A stretch of DNA of 64,000 nucleotides from a virus (Duplodnaviria; Caudoviricetes), in the IMG/VR virus record IMGVR_UViG_3300020577_004796, positions 9,144 through 73,143 of that record. One strand, given 5' to 3'. The translations under genes and the position numbers were made by a program. Shown here piece after piece: positions 52,994 to 63,549 of this stretch (its first letter is position 1; the number at the start of each line of letters is the position of its first letter). Under the pieces are notes generated by a model that had not been told where the DNA came from, made no database searches, and was given only the letters and a program-made list of their open reading frames with translations.

Positions 52994-54055
52994 TTGTTAT
53001 ATGATAGGACAATAAAAGAGATACTTGAGAAGAAGAAAAGAAAAGAAGAGGGTAAATTTAACGGTGTACCATTTTGTTTCGATCGCTATTCCGAGTATTT
53101 TGATAGCTTAGATAAAGGTATGTATTTAGGCATACTTGGTGGCACTGGTGTGGGTAAATCATCGTTAAAACATCATATGATTTATTCTATAATGGATTTT
53201 TCTACTAAAAACGACTATCCTGTAATGATTCTAGATTTTTCTTTAGAAGATCCAGAAACGGAAGTTTGTAAAAAAAGAATGATCCACTATCTCTGGAAAA
53301 GACACAAAGTAGATTTAAATTTAAAGTACTTAAATTCGAGAGATCGACCTTTAGATGATAAATATACAGATCTTATCCAGAAGGATGAGTTATTTTGGAG
53401 GAAATTTGAAAGTTCTGTTGCTGTTATAAATAACTGCACGACTCCAAATGAAATTCATACAATGTGTGAAAAAGCATATGAAAAATATGGTGATTCGAGG
53501 CATTATTTTGTTTTTGTAGATAACTATGCTAATATCTGTAAAGATGAGCACGATTTAACAGAGTGGGCGGCAACTCGTCGCTGGAGTCGTAATATAGCCC
53601 GTTTAAGGCTGTGTAAGACGCTTAACATGACAGTTATAGGTATACTACAGCAAAATCTGGAAACCGAACAGAATGCCATGAGGAATGCAGGAAAAGGCTC
53701 ATTACTATCTATTGAACCAAATATGTCTAGTATAGGTGATAATCGCGTAATAGCTAGAGATTTATATTGCTTATTAGCTTTATGGTCTCCTTGGCGATAC
53801 GAGATAGAACAATATCCTTATTCTGGCGCATATAATGTTAAGGTTTTGAGAGATAGATTTAGAAGTTTATTAATGCTTAAAAATAATCACGGTCCAATTG
53901 CTCCCCGATTGGGATTACTTTTTGACGGTAAACATGAAATATTTGAAGAAATGCCTCCCGTAGAAGATAAAGAAGCATTAGATAAATTATACACTAAAAT
54001 TTTAAACGAAGAAAAGCAAAAGAAAATGAAAAATCCCACCTTCTGGGAAAGCTAA
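52994..54055 (+). CDS. DnaB-like (SF4) replicative helicase
   Basis: GGTGVGKS, FSLED, VFVDNY, ILQQN; TTG start. Confidence 0.85.
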   Translation: MLYDRTIKEILEKKKRKEEGKFNGVPFCFDRYSEYFDSLDKGMYLGILGGTGVGKSSLKHHMIYSIMDFSTKNDYPVMILDFSLEDPETEVCKKRMIHYLWKRHKVDLNLKYLNSRDRPLDDKYTDLIQKDELFWRKFESSVAVINNCTTPNEIHTMCEKAYEKYGDSRHYFVFVDNYANICKDEHDLTEWAATRRWSRNIARLRLCKTLNMTVIGILQQNLETEQNAMRNAGKGSLLSIEPNMSSIGDNRVIARDLYCLLALWSPWRYEIEQYPYSGAYNVKVLRDRFRSLLMLKNNHGPIAPRLGLLFDGKHEIFEEMPPVEDKEALDKLYTKILNEEKQKKMKNPTFWES

Positions 54056-54443
54056 CATGGAAATAAAGAAAAACAAGATTTATGCATCAGGACCAAGTTT
54101 AGAATTAGGTAGATTTAAAACAATTGAAGATTTACGAGAAGAATTAGCTAAGCCAGAGTACAAAAATGAACACATTATTGATCCGTGGTATAGCGAAGAT
54201 GAATCTGGATTCAGTACTCATGTATACAGAGAAGAAACAGACGAAGAGTACTTAAAAAGATGTGAAGAACATAATAAAAGAATCGCACAACAAGAACAGT
54301 ATGAGTATGAGAATTTTTTAAAATTAAAAGAAAAATATGAGAAAAAAGATTAGGTAGATTGAGAAAATAATCGTAACTTTGTAGAAGATGAGTGAAAAAG
54401 TGAAAATGAAAAACAAAAGGAGGAAGATATCGGAAAGGTAGCA

Positions 54444-55178
54444 ATGGTGCTCGGATCGAGCAAATCAGGTAAAACAACAAGTATAAGGACATTAGATCCA
54501 ACGAAAACAATAGTGTTTAGTCCCTTGGCAAAAGGATTGCCATTTGAAGGAAGCTCTAAACATTATACGGTATGGGATAAAGAAAAGAATCCCAAAGGTA
54601 ACATTATAAGAACATCAAGTTCAAAAGCTATAGTACAATGGTTGAAGCATATAAGTAATTCTTTACCAGATGTGAATGTGGCAATAGTTGATGATAATAC
54701 GTTTGTTACCGCAAAAGAATTAGATCGTCGTAGAGATGAACGTACGTATGATAAATTTAATGACATTGCTCATGACTTTTTAGAATTAGCAGAAGTAGCT
54801 AATTCTTTAAGAACTGATTTAAATGTTTATATTTTACATCATACTACAACAGATGGTGATGGTATATTAGAACCACAAAAAACAAAAGCAGCTACATTTG
54901 GCAAACTTATTGACGAAAAGCTTCATGGTATGGAGAGTCAATTTGAAATAGTTTTCCTTGCCAATAAATTAATTGATGAAGATAAAAACATATCTTATAA
55001 ATTTAAAACGAGAGATGCTTATTCAACATGTGGAACACCACTAGGTATGTTCGAAGACGAACTAATAGATAATGATTTAAGAATGATAGACGAACGCATA
55101 CGTTGTTATTATAACGGAAATTGCGAAGAATCAACAGAAGAACCAAAAACTAAAAGAAAGGAGAAAGTAAATGAATAA
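54444..55178 (+). CDS. AAA-family ATPase (Sak4/AAA_24-like)
   Basis: GSSKSGKT, IVDD, ILHHT, ESQFEIV, GTPLGMF. Confidence 0.8.
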   Translation: MVLGSSKSGKTTSIRTLDPTKTIVFSPLAKGLPFEGSSKHYTVWDKEKNPKGNIIRTSSSKAIVQWLKHISNSLPDVNVAIVDDNTFVTAKELDRRRDERTYDKFNDIAHDFLELAEVANSLRTDLNVYILHHTTTDGDGILEPQKTKAATFGKLIDEKLHGMESQFEIVFLANKLIDEDKNISYKFKTRDAYSTCGTPLGMFEDELIDNDLRMIDERIRCYYNGNCEESTEEPKTKRKEKVNE

Positions 55179-55437
55179 TGATTTTTTAGTATCAACAAGT
55201 ACAAAATACGATACATCGAATATTTCTTTAAGAAGAGAAAGCTTAAGTATGGCTAGAGCGTATCATAGAAGAGGGTCTGGTTTTATGCCAAATACAGCTA
55301 ATCCACATGACCCAGCACCTTCAGCACAAGCAATAATTGAAACAGCTGAAGAATTTTATCAATATTTAACACAAGATCAAAACCAATAGTATTTATTGGA
55401 CTCAATTAAAAACAATCGAAAAAACTAAAAAACAAAT

Positions 55438-56061
55438 ATGAATAAAAACGTGAATACGACTAGTGCAGAGACTTATAATTTTTCAAATATTAAGGTAGAA
55501 GAACAAGTAAAATGGTTACAACCAGGTAGATATTTATTAGGAATAAATAAAGCAGAATATATAAAGCCAGATGGTACTAAACAAGATGGTACTAAAAAGA
55601 CGCCTCTGTTAAAAGTAACTTTCCAGGGAGAGGACGGGATGATTGATGTAAATATGTACGTTACTCCTAAAGCTTTTCAAAGATTCCAATATTTATATAC
55701 TAATTGGTTTGAAAAAGAATGTACTACAGACTTTTCTAACGAAAAGAATCCTACTGATGCTGTAGGTATGTTCTTTGAAAAAGCATTTAATTCAACAACA
55801 GCGAAAAAGATAAAGAAAAATATAATAGTAGGCGGTAGAGCTTCTACTACTGGTAAAATGTTTGCAGAATTGCCATTTATTAATTTTATCATACAAGAGG
55901 GAGAAACGTTCACTTATGGACCCTTTGCTCCCGGGTCAGCTGATTACATTATTTATTGTAAACCAGCTCCCATAACACCAGCATCACATACAGATAATGC
56001 TATGTTAAGTGAAGTTCCTTTTGCGATAGAAGAAACTTCTACGGATGATTTACCGTTCTAA
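55438..56061 (+). CDS. Putative single-stranded DNA-binding protein
   Basis: OB-fold-like beta pattern, acidic tail ending DDLPF; follows the AAA ATPase. Confidence 0.65.
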   Translation: MNKNVNTTSAETYNFSNIKVEEQVKWLQPGRYLLGINKAEYIKPDGTKQDGTKKTPLLKVTFQGEDGMIDVNMYVTPKAFQRFQYLYTNWFEKECTTDFSNEKNPTDAVGMFFEKAFNSTTAKKIKKNIIVGGRASTTGKMFAELPFINFIIQEGETFTYGPFAPGSADYIIYCKPAPITPASHTDNAMLSEVPFAIEETSTDDLPF

Positions 56062-56265
56062 TATTAACAATATTGTGCATCCCTGTGCAATATCCTGACA
56101 GCCAAGGGAGACTTTATTTTTATAGAGTCTCCCGCTTTTTTAAAATAATTATGACAAAAACATATTATACAACACCAGGAAGTTTAAATTTTTGAAGTAA
56201 AAATAGATAAACCAACTATTCTTCATGCAAAATATGATCCAATAACAACAGTAATAACAATAACA

Positions 56266-56397
56266 ATGAACACAATCAAAAAAAAATCAGAAGGACCGAA
56301 GTCAAAGAAAGTAGTAGCACCAAAAGCTACATCAGTGAAGAAAACAAAAGTGCCTAGTAAAAAAGCAGTAGCAAGGCAATCTCGTAAAAGAGGATAA
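56266..56397 (+). CDS. Small Lys-rich histone-H1-like peptide (43 aa)
   Basis: Hand translation MNTIKKKSEGPKSKKVVAPKATSVKKTKVPSKKAVARQSRKRG. Confidence 0.5.
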   Translation: MNTIKKKSEGPKSKKVVAPKATSVKKTKVPSKKAVARQSRKRG

Positions 56398-56434
56398 GAA
56401 TGTTGGGCGCCACGCCCCTCATTACACACAACCC

Positions 56435-56465
56435 AAGGAGCATTCGAAAGAGTGCTCCTTTTTTA
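56435..56465 (+). terminator. Intrinsic terminator
   Basis: AAGGAGCATTC-GAAA-GAGTGCTCCTT plus T tract. Confidence 0.8.
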
Positions 56466-56469
56466 ATTT

Positions 56470-56778
56470 ATGACAACAGAACAGAAAAATCAAGTAATAG
56501 CTAAGTTAGTAGAGACTAATTCTTATGAATATAACTTAAGAAAGTCCGTAGAAGAACTTCTAGAATTAGCAGAAGTTATAATGAAAAAATTAAACAAAAA
56601 AGATGGTCCGAAAGAACCAAAAGATCAAGAAATTGTCGAGGAAATAGGTGATGTAACTATTAGACTTCATATACTTGGTTTTATGTTTGGTAACAATAAT
56701 GTTAATGACAGAGTTGAAGATAAATTAACAAAGTTTAATGATTATTTAAAAAAAGGTAAATATATTGGTAAGATATGA
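56470..56778 (+). CDS. MazG-like nucleotide pyrophosphohydrolase
   Basis: VEELLEL...EEIGDV. Confidence 0.7.
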   Translation: MTTEQKNQVIAKLVETNSYEYNLRKSVEELLELAEVIMKKLNKKDGPKEPKDQEIVEEIGDVTIRLHILGFMFGNNNVNDRVEDKLTKFNDYLKKGKYIGKI

Positions 56779-57872
56779 GTGTAGCTGAGCATGCAGCATT
56801 TTTACAAAGAACACAAAAAGAATTTATGGAAAAGGATTCCTATAATTTTAGTACAATTAAATGTCCTATAAAATTAACAGCTTCTTATATCTTAAGTAGA
56901 GTTTCTGATACTCAGATTATTTGGCATTATATAGGTAGAGTACAAATAGGACGCGCTATAAAAAATCCTTTTAGAACTGATAAGACACCTTCCGCTACAT
57001 TTTTTATAGGGGATAGTGGAGATTTATGTCTTTGGGATTTTCGTGATAAGCGAGTATGGAATTGCTTTCAAATAGTTATGTCTATATTTAATTGTGATTT
57101 CAATAAAGCTCTTACCCAGATAGCGGAGGATTTTGGTTTAATAGATATAAAAACCAGAAAAGTATCTTCTAAGCTTCAATTAGAAGCAGCTGAACTTGAC
57201 CAGGAGTATAGGAAGGGCACACTAATTCAATTTACCCATAAATCCTGGGAAAAAGGAATAGGTAAGCCTTTGAGTTACTGGCAACAATATGAAATAACAG
57301 TAGACGAATTAAGAAGAGAGCGAGTATTTTGTGTTGATAGATTATTTATCAACAAAAAAGAAATTATCAATACCACTAATGAGCCAAGATTTGTTTATTT
57401 AGAAAAGGATATTGATGGTAAAGATTTAGTGAAAGTTTATTTACCTTATGCAAAAGGTGGTCAAAAATGGTATAGTAATGTACCTTTAACGACTCCATTT
57501 GGCTTTCAGACACTACCAATGACAGATAAATTAGTAGTTCCCTGTAAAAGTAAAAAAGACGAAATATTAATTAAACGAATCTTTCCCGAATGCTTTTCTG
57601 TTCAGAATGAATCAAGAGGTGCATTTTCCAAAGAAGTACTTGATATTATTGATCGTCATTATGACCGCGTAATGTTAATCTTTGGTAGTGATCCACATGC
57701 TCTTCAAGTTACAAAAGAAATATGTGAAGAAATGGGGCCTAAATGGGGGTTCTTTCATACACCTATTCAAGACTATGAACGTCATCAGATTGAAGATCCT
57801 GCTGGATTTGTAAAGATGTATGGCTTTGATGAATTAACAACATTATTTGATAAAGCAAATTTATTAACTTAA
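56775..57872 (+). CDS. DNA primase (crAss-type)
   Basis: NPFRTDKTPSA, LWDF, KSKKD, SVQNES, FGSD, EDPAGF. Confidence 0.8.
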   Translation: MSVAEHAAFLQRTQKEFMEKDSYNFSTIKCPIKLTASYILSRVSDTQIIWHYIGRVQIGRAIKNPFRTDKTPSATFFIGDSGDLCLWDFRDKRVWNCFQIVMSIFNCDFNKALTQIAEDFGLIDIKTRKVSSKLQLEAAELDQEYRKGTLIQFTHKSWEKGIGKPLSYWQQYEITVDELRRERVFCVDRLFINKKEIINTTNEPRFVYLEKDIDGKDLVKVYLPYAKGGQKWYSNVPLTTPFGFQTLPMTDKLVVPCKSKKDEILIKRIFPECFSVQNESRGAFSKEVLDIIDRHYDRVMLIFGSDPHALQVTKEICEEMGPKWGFFHTPIQDYERHQIEDPAGFVKMYGFDELTTLFDKANLLT

Positions 57873-57876
57873 ATAT

Positions 57877-58362
57877 ATGAAAAAACAACTAAACGTAAAG
57901 ACGATTAATCAAGGAGAACTGCTTGTTTTGTTAGGAAGTATCAAAGGTGCTAAATTTTGCACTATTGTTACTGAAACAGAGCCTAAGCAAAAAGCAAATA
58001 CTCCATTTGCTGGTGTTTTAAAGAAAGCGACAACAAATGTAACGCTTAATGCAAATTTTGGCAACTCGGCCAGAAGGGCTGGGAGAACTGCTCCAATACA
58101 AGAGCGTAAATGGGGTAAAAAAGTAGGCGGTTCCCCTTTAGTTGTTAATAAGGGCACAATGTATTTGCACGCCAAAGCTAATGCTAAATCAAAAAAAGTA
58201 TCCTTTCACCTGGGAGAGACAGAACTCACCCAAGATGATGTGAAAGTATTAAACACATTCATCACTCCAAAGAAAGCACAATTAGTTCCTATAGTTAACT
58301 ATAAAATAGATAACATAAAAGAGCTAAAGATCGATAATACTCACCTCATAATAAAAGATTAA
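57877..58362 (+). CDS. Basic hypothetical phage protein
   Basis: 161 aa; RKWG, YKIDNI. Confidence 0.55.
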   Translation: MKKQLNVKTINQGELLVLLGSIKGAKFCTIVTETEPKQKANTPFAGVLKKATTNVTLNANFGNSARRAGRTAPIQERKWGKKVGGSPLVVNKGTMYLHAKANAKSKKVSFHLGETELTQDDVKVLNTFITPKKAQLVPIVNYKIDNIKELKIDNTHLIIKD

Positions 58363-59945
58363 TGTCTGCAAAATTAATAGGAATACCGGGCTATAAAACA
58401 GAAACTTCTTTTGGTGCTGGGCTAACACATCTGGAATACATAAGTGAATTTGGTTTTCCAAGAATTCTTATGCCACACGAAGAAACATTTGAGGGCATAG
58501 ATGCTCTTTACCTTCCGGGCGGATTAGATATTAATCCATCTACTTATGGAAAAGTTCCTCGTTTCAAAACTTCTAATCAGGATGTATTTAAGCAGTTCTT
58601 TTTAGATAATCGGTTAGATTGGTTCATACAAAATAGGATACCAATCTTTGCTGTATGTATGGGCGCACAAGCATTAGCTTGTCGCTTTGGAGCTACTTTA
58701 ATTCAAAATTTAAAGTATCATCCACAATCTAAAGACAGATGGGTAGAGGGGCACTCTGTAATACTTAAAGGAGGCATTCTTAAAGATTATAATGAGAAAA
58801 CTCCACCTAAAGAACGACTTCAGTTGAATTCACATCACCATCAAGGAATAATTATTCCTGAAGATAATAAAGAATTGGAAGTCTTAGCTTGGTTTAATGA
58901 TTATGACGGTAGGATAGTTGAAGTGGCTCGCCACAGAACACTTCCTATAGTTATGTGCCAACACCACCCTAAATACTTTGGGGCCTGTTAAAGTAATTTA
59001 ATAGTAAACTTTGGTTAAATTCAGGGGATTCCTTCATGTAATTGGAAAATCCTGACCTAAGATATAGTCTAAATGATTATATAAAGAGCAACGACTAGAC
59101 ATTGAACCTTAATATATTATTAAGAATATAATATGTCCACGAAAAACCAATAACTTTTAATTCTTCTTGGTGGTTTCGATATTTTTCTGTATATTATATT
59201 ATGCAGAAGAGTTATTTAGTTTCAAATATTGAGGATTTATACAAAACAGGAATCTATAAGATTACTTGTACTATTAATAATAAAATATATATTGGTTCTG
59301 CTTGCGGAATTAGTCACACTTCAAAAAAACAGAGAGGTTTTGCAAAGCGCTGGCAAGAACATATTAATAGACTTAGATCAAATTCTCATAGAAATAAACA
59401 TCTTCAATCAGCTTGGGATAAGTATGGAGAAGATTCTTTTATATTTGAAATTATTGAATTTTGTAATTCACAAAATGTAGAAATAAGAGAAAACTATTAT
59501 ATAAATTTTTATAAATCGTTTGATCACGAAATAGGATTTAATATATTAGGAGGACATTTAGCAAATTACAAAAAGAAAACACAAGAACAAAAAGATAAAA
59601 TATCCTTAGCTTTAAAAGGAAAAAAAAGACCATTAGAGATAGTCAAAAAATGGAGTAGTAAGGTTCAACAAATTAATAATAATGGAATTGTTATTGCTGA
59701 ATATTACTCTATGTCTGAAGCAGAGCGTCAAACTGGCATTATGCGACAAGATATAGGACAAGCTATAATTGGTAGAAAAATGAAAAAAGCTGGTGGATAT
59801 TTTTGGAAAAAAGTTAAAGATATAGTCTGAACATATAGGATGATAAACTATATGAAATAAAGGATAAAGAGCCTTTATGATAACAAGTTTGGAAGAACTT
59901 TATGATGAACTTTCAACGCATTTATTTAACGAAATATTAAAATGA
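58362..59945 (+). CDS. Class I glutamine amidotransferase / peptidase C26, intron-split (join 58362-58970, 59892-59945; 220 aa)
   Basis: LPGGLDINP, AVCMGAQ, NSHHHQ; splicing restores catalytic QHHP|EE. Confidence 0.88.
58971..59891 (+). mobile_element. Group I intron in GATase 1
   Basis: P1 CCCU/GGGG; P AAATTCAGGGGA, Q AATCCTGAC, R GCAACGACTA, S AAGATATAGTCT; P10 CTTT/GAAG; terminal G at 59891. Confidence 0.88.
59201..59830 (+). CDS. Intron-encoded GIY-YIG homing endonuclease
   Basis: TGIYKITCTINNKIYIGSA, GFNI, AGGYFWK. Confidence 0.92.
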   Translation: MQKSYLVSNIEDLYKTGIYKITCTINNKIYIGSACGISHTSKKQRGFAKRWQEHINRLRSNSHRNKHLQSAWDKYGEDSFIFEIIEFCNSQNVEIRENYYINFYKSFDHEIGFNILGGHLANYKKKTQEQKDKISLALKGKKRPLEIVKKWSSKVQQINNNGIVIAEYYSMSEAERQTGIMRQDIGQAIIGRKMKKAGGYFWKKVKDIV

Positions 59946-60661
59946 AAGAAAGATTAACTAGGCATTTTGGAGGGGACTGGGCGCATCTGCTCGGTCCCTT
60001 TCTAAATTCTTCAGAATTTGAACAAATAGGTAGAACCCTGCTTCCTTTAAAAGATGTAGTTACACCTAATTTATCAGATGTATTTCGTTGTTTTAGAGAA
60101 TGCCCTGTTTGGAAATTACATACAGTTATAGTTAATACTTCTGCATACGCATTTAAAACTTACTCTGGTGAATTAACTGCAGACGGCTTAGCACTTTCCG
60201 CTAGAAACGACGAAGATGTTCCTATATTATTAGAAGAGGTTTATAAATGTATTGATGAAACAATTTATGCAAATCAATACCTACCTGGAGGAACCTATAA
60301 TGATGAATTAGAAATAGTTGGTAATGATCTTGTACATTGGGCTAGACAAGGCATCCTTCTACTAAATTGTTCGTTAACAACCATTCAAGGTAAAGAAAAC
60401 GAACATAATGATTTATGGCGACCATTTGTACAGTATGTTATTAAAGCAATAAATGAACATCGTGATGCAATAGGTTATATTTTAATGGGTAGTCATGCAA
60501 TGTCATTACAACCATTAATTACCAATCAAACGCATCAAGTATTCACTTGTGAATCGCCAATGGCCGCTAGATATTACAAACGGTCGTGGAAACACAATGA
60601 TGCTTTTCGTTTATTACACAATTACCATGTTTCAAAAAATAACAACGTAATAAAATGGTAG
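59942..60661 (+). CDS. Uracil-DNA glycosylase family 1 homolog with degenerate catalytic motifs
   Basis: WAHLL, VFRCF, WARQGILLLNCSLT, W.PF, ILMGSHA retained; GQDPY and HPSP replaced. Confidence 0.8.
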   Translation: MKERLTRHFGGDWAHLLGPFLNSSEFEQIGRTLLPLKDVVTPNLSDVFRCFRECPVWKLHTVIVNTSAYAFKTYSGELTADGLALSARNDEDVPILLEEVYKCIDETIYANQYLPGGTYNDELEIVGNDLVHWARQGILLLNCSLTTIQGKENEHNDLWRPFVQYVIKAINEHRDAIGYILMGSHAMSLQPLITNQTHQVFTCESPMAARYYKRSWKHNDAFRLLHNYHVSKNNNVIKW

Positions 60662-60933
60662 CTAATTTTGGAAAAGTAACACCAATAACTTTTGAAGTAG
60701 GTATTATTCACGCTTTAAATAGTGTGGAAGGTAAAGCCTGCCGCATAGGATTAAAAGTTAAATACTTAGGGGAACGCGATTGGATAGTAATTTATCTTTG
60801 GATGGACCCCGATTGGAAAAACAAAGATGTATATGAAAAAGGGTATAAAGCAATAAGAAAAAGAGGAGAGTTAATGTTAGAAGAATCAGCAATAGTTGAA
60901 GAAGCTAAATTATCTTCTATATTAGTAATTTAA
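60655..60933 (+). CDS. Hypothetical protein
   Basis: 92-aa ORF. Confidence 0.45.
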   Translation: MVANFGKVTPITFEVGIIHALNSVEGKACRIGLKVKYLGERDWIVIYLWMDPDWKNKDVYEKGYKAIRKRGELMLEESAIVEEAKLSSILVI

Positions 60934-60941
60934 TTAATAAA

Positions 60942-62150
60942 ATGAAAATAACAGATTTAAAAGAAGGAAGTAGAGTAAGATTTACGGCAGACGCTGCAAA
61001 ATATGGCAACGGTTATATTACTGAAATAAAGAAATATAATTTATGGGGTCGTATTGCTACAGCAGAAGAGCGTACAAAATATTATAATCCACCGGGATAT
61101 GCTTTAGTTTTTTATCATCACGTAAATAAAAACTTTTTAGTTAATCCTTTACTAATGCCTCAAGATCTCGAATTGATTCCAGAAAGTGAATATGAAAAAT
61201 ATGACACTTATGTGAAAAATTATAATGATGACTTAGAAAGTCGAGTTACTAAATTACGTGAAGCTTATAAAAACGAACCAAAAGTAAACTTTACGCATCG
61301 TAAATTTGATTTTTTAAGTAAACAAGATCTTGCGACAAATCATACAGCAGCACAACTTGGTACATGGAATCGTGAAAAAAATACATTTACACCATCATCT
61401 ACACAACGTAATGCTACTTGTTGTGCTTTTACTAAAACTATTTCTGATATTCAAGTTTTTATACCTAAGGCCTGGTTAAACTATTATGGTTATAATACTT
61501 ATGATTTAGTTGCTTGGTTTAAGTTCTTAACCAGGTGTGAGATCGGTTTTGAATATGAATACTTAGGAGATTGTGAATTGCCTAAAGAATTTCCTGGACC
61601 CAGGGGTCTTAACATAGAGGAAGTCTTCACTCCTATTTCACAAAATCATATATCTTTAAGAGGAAGTTTAGGTTATGTTTCTGTACGTTTTAAAGGACAG
61701 AGGCATTCAATGCTAACTTATCTTAACTTTATATGCATTAGGTATTTATATGATAACTGTTACTGGAACATACCAGGATTAGCTATGAAAATTAAAAAGT
61801 CTCTGGGTAAAGCAGTTACTCATTGGCAAGCTCTTTTAATGGCGCATCTTAATTATGACTATAATGGTTATTATAATTTAGTAGCACAATCGTCTAATGG
61901 CACTAACACAACACTTGTAAATCCGTTTCAATCTCCAAACGATGTTATTAAAAAACTAACACCTAAAGTAATTCCTGGTGGTGGGATTTCTATGAACGGT
62001 TCGTTTGAATATTTAAAAAATGCATTTACTAGATCGGAATTAGATAAATATTTTAAAGATGAGGACTTTATTGGACTTTTAAAATATATAAAATCGAAAC
62101 TTCCAGAACAAAAAATAGTTAAAAAAAAAGAAGTTTTAGAACATGCTTGA
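60942..62150 (+). CDS. Hypothetical protein of the amidoligase cluster
   Basis: 402 aa directly upstream of the COOH-NH2 ligase. Confidence 0.55.
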   Translation: MKITDLKEGSRVRFTADAAKYGNGYITEIKKYNLWGRIATAEERTKYYNPPGYALVFYHHVNKNFLVNPLLMPQDLELIPESEYEKYDTYVKNYNDDLESRVTKLREAYKNEPKVNFTHRKFDFLSKQDLATNHTAAQLGTWNREKNTFTPSSTQRNATCCAFTKTISDIQVFIPKAWLNYYGYNTYDLVAWFKFLTRCEIGFEYEYLGDCELPKEFPGPRGLNIEEVFTPISQNHISLRGSLGYVSVRFKGQRHSMLTYLNFICIRYLYDNCYWNIPGLAMKIKKSLGKAVTHWQALLMAHLNYDYNGYYNLVAQSSNGTNTTLVNPFQSPNDVIKKLTPKVIPGGGISMNGSFEYLKNAFTRSELDKYFKDEDFIGLLKYIKSKLPEQKIVKKKEVLEHA

Positions 62151-62958
62151 AAAGCAAAACAAAATAACACAAGTTTCAATAGGGAGCGATTGCGAATGGT
62201 TTCTGGAAAACATTATAACTGGAGAAATAGTTTCTGCAGAAAACATTATAAAGGGTACCAAAAAAGACCCGTATAGATTTGATCCAGAAAACAAGTATTA
62301 CGCAACCTCTTTAGATTGCGTTTTAAGTGAAGGTAACATTCCTCCAACAAAAACTCCCTTAGAATTTTATTTGGCTTTGGAAAAACTCCGTAATTATATT
62401 GATTCTAATTTACCAGAAGAATTAATTACAGTAGCAATTCCTTCTGCTAGATTAAAAGATAAGTATTTACAAACCGAAACTGCCCGCACATTCGGATGTG
62501 AGGCAAGCTTCAATTGCTGGACAGATGAAGAAGTAAAACCAGAAGCAACTGGAGACAATTTAAGAAGTGCTGGACTCCATATCCATGTGGGATATAAGGA
62601 TTCTACAGAAGAAACAAATAAAGAGATAATAAAAGCAATGGACTTATTTTTGGGAGTTCCAAGTGTGCTTTTAGAACCTAAAAACGAAAGACGTAAAGTA
62701 GGTTACGGTCAAGCTGGTAATTATAGACATCAGCCCTATGGAGGTGTAGAATATCGCTCATTATCATCCCACTTTTCTTCTGGAAAAGATCTAATTCAAT
62801 GGTGTTTTAGAAATACAGAGAAAGCTATTGAGTTTGTTAATACTGGAGGAATCCAGAGAATATCAATGATGGGTGATGTAATACAACAAACAATTAACAC
62901 AGAAAATAAAGACTTAGCAAAGCATCTGTGTGATGAATTTAAAATCGAGTTAGTATAA
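62143..62958 (+). CDS. phiEco32-like COOH-NH2 ligase (type 2)
   Basis: IGSDCEWF, SEGNIPP, FGCEASFNCW, LRSAGLHIHVGY, RRKVGYGQAGNYR, GVEYRSLS. Confidence 0.88.
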   Translation: MLEKQNKITQVSIGSDCEWFLENIITGEIVSAENIIKGTKKDPYRFDPENKYYATSLDCVLSEGNIPPTKTPLEFYLALEKLRNYIDSNLPEELITVAIPSARLKDKYLQTETARTFGCEASFNCWTDEEVKPEATGDNLRSAGLHIHVGYKDSTEETNKEIIKAMDLFLGVPSVLLEPKNERRKVGYGQAGNYRHQPYGGVEYRSLSSHFSSGKDLIQWCFRNTEKAIEFVNTGGIQRISMMGDVIQQTINTENKDLAKHLCDEFKIELV

Positions 62959-63549
62959 ATGACAGAAATAAATAATAATTTACTAGTACAAAGAACAGAA
63001 CAAAAAAAAGAAAGAAAAATATATTGTATTCGTGGAGCACGTGGCTACGCTGGATGGATGAATGGAACGATTGTTCCTACCATTGAAGAAGCCGACTTAA
63101 TTGTTGCTCCGGGTGGATCGGATATAGATCCTCGCTTATACGGCAGAACACAACATCACCAATTTGCATGGGGGTCTACTCGCATGGAAAATGATGGAGA
63201 GTTGGAAGATCTGAAAAAAGCCATTAGGCTGGGTAAGAAAATATGGGGGACTTGTAAAGGTATTCAATATGGTTCTGCTTTATCCGGTGGTCTTTTAGTT
63301 GCAGATGTTTCACATCCGTATAAACATCCTATAAAAACAGAAGACGGAAAAACGCTTATAGTAAATTCAATGCATCATCAGCTCTGTTATCCTTTTAATC
63401 TTCCAAAAGATGAATATCGTATCATAGGTTGGTCAGAAGGGATTTCAAATCACTATGACGATGTAGACGGGACACAAATGGAAGTTCCAGTAGAGCCGGA
63501 AATATTATATTTTCCTAAAACAAACTATTTAGGAACACAATTCCACCCT
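62959..63549 (+). CDS. Second class I glutamine amidotransferase / C26, exon 1
   Basis: PGGSDIDP, GTCKGIQ, NSMHHQ, ends GTQFHP at an intron junction; exon 2 lies beyond the window. Confidence 0.85.

Noticed and set aside
228-62179. Many short opposite-strand ORFs in the track (e.g. 228-530, 2906-3103, 12521-12754, 22849-23232, 29690-30037, 31779-32168, 42694-42993)
   Set aside because: Shadow frames of real genes or of the tmRNA; no motifs or start context.
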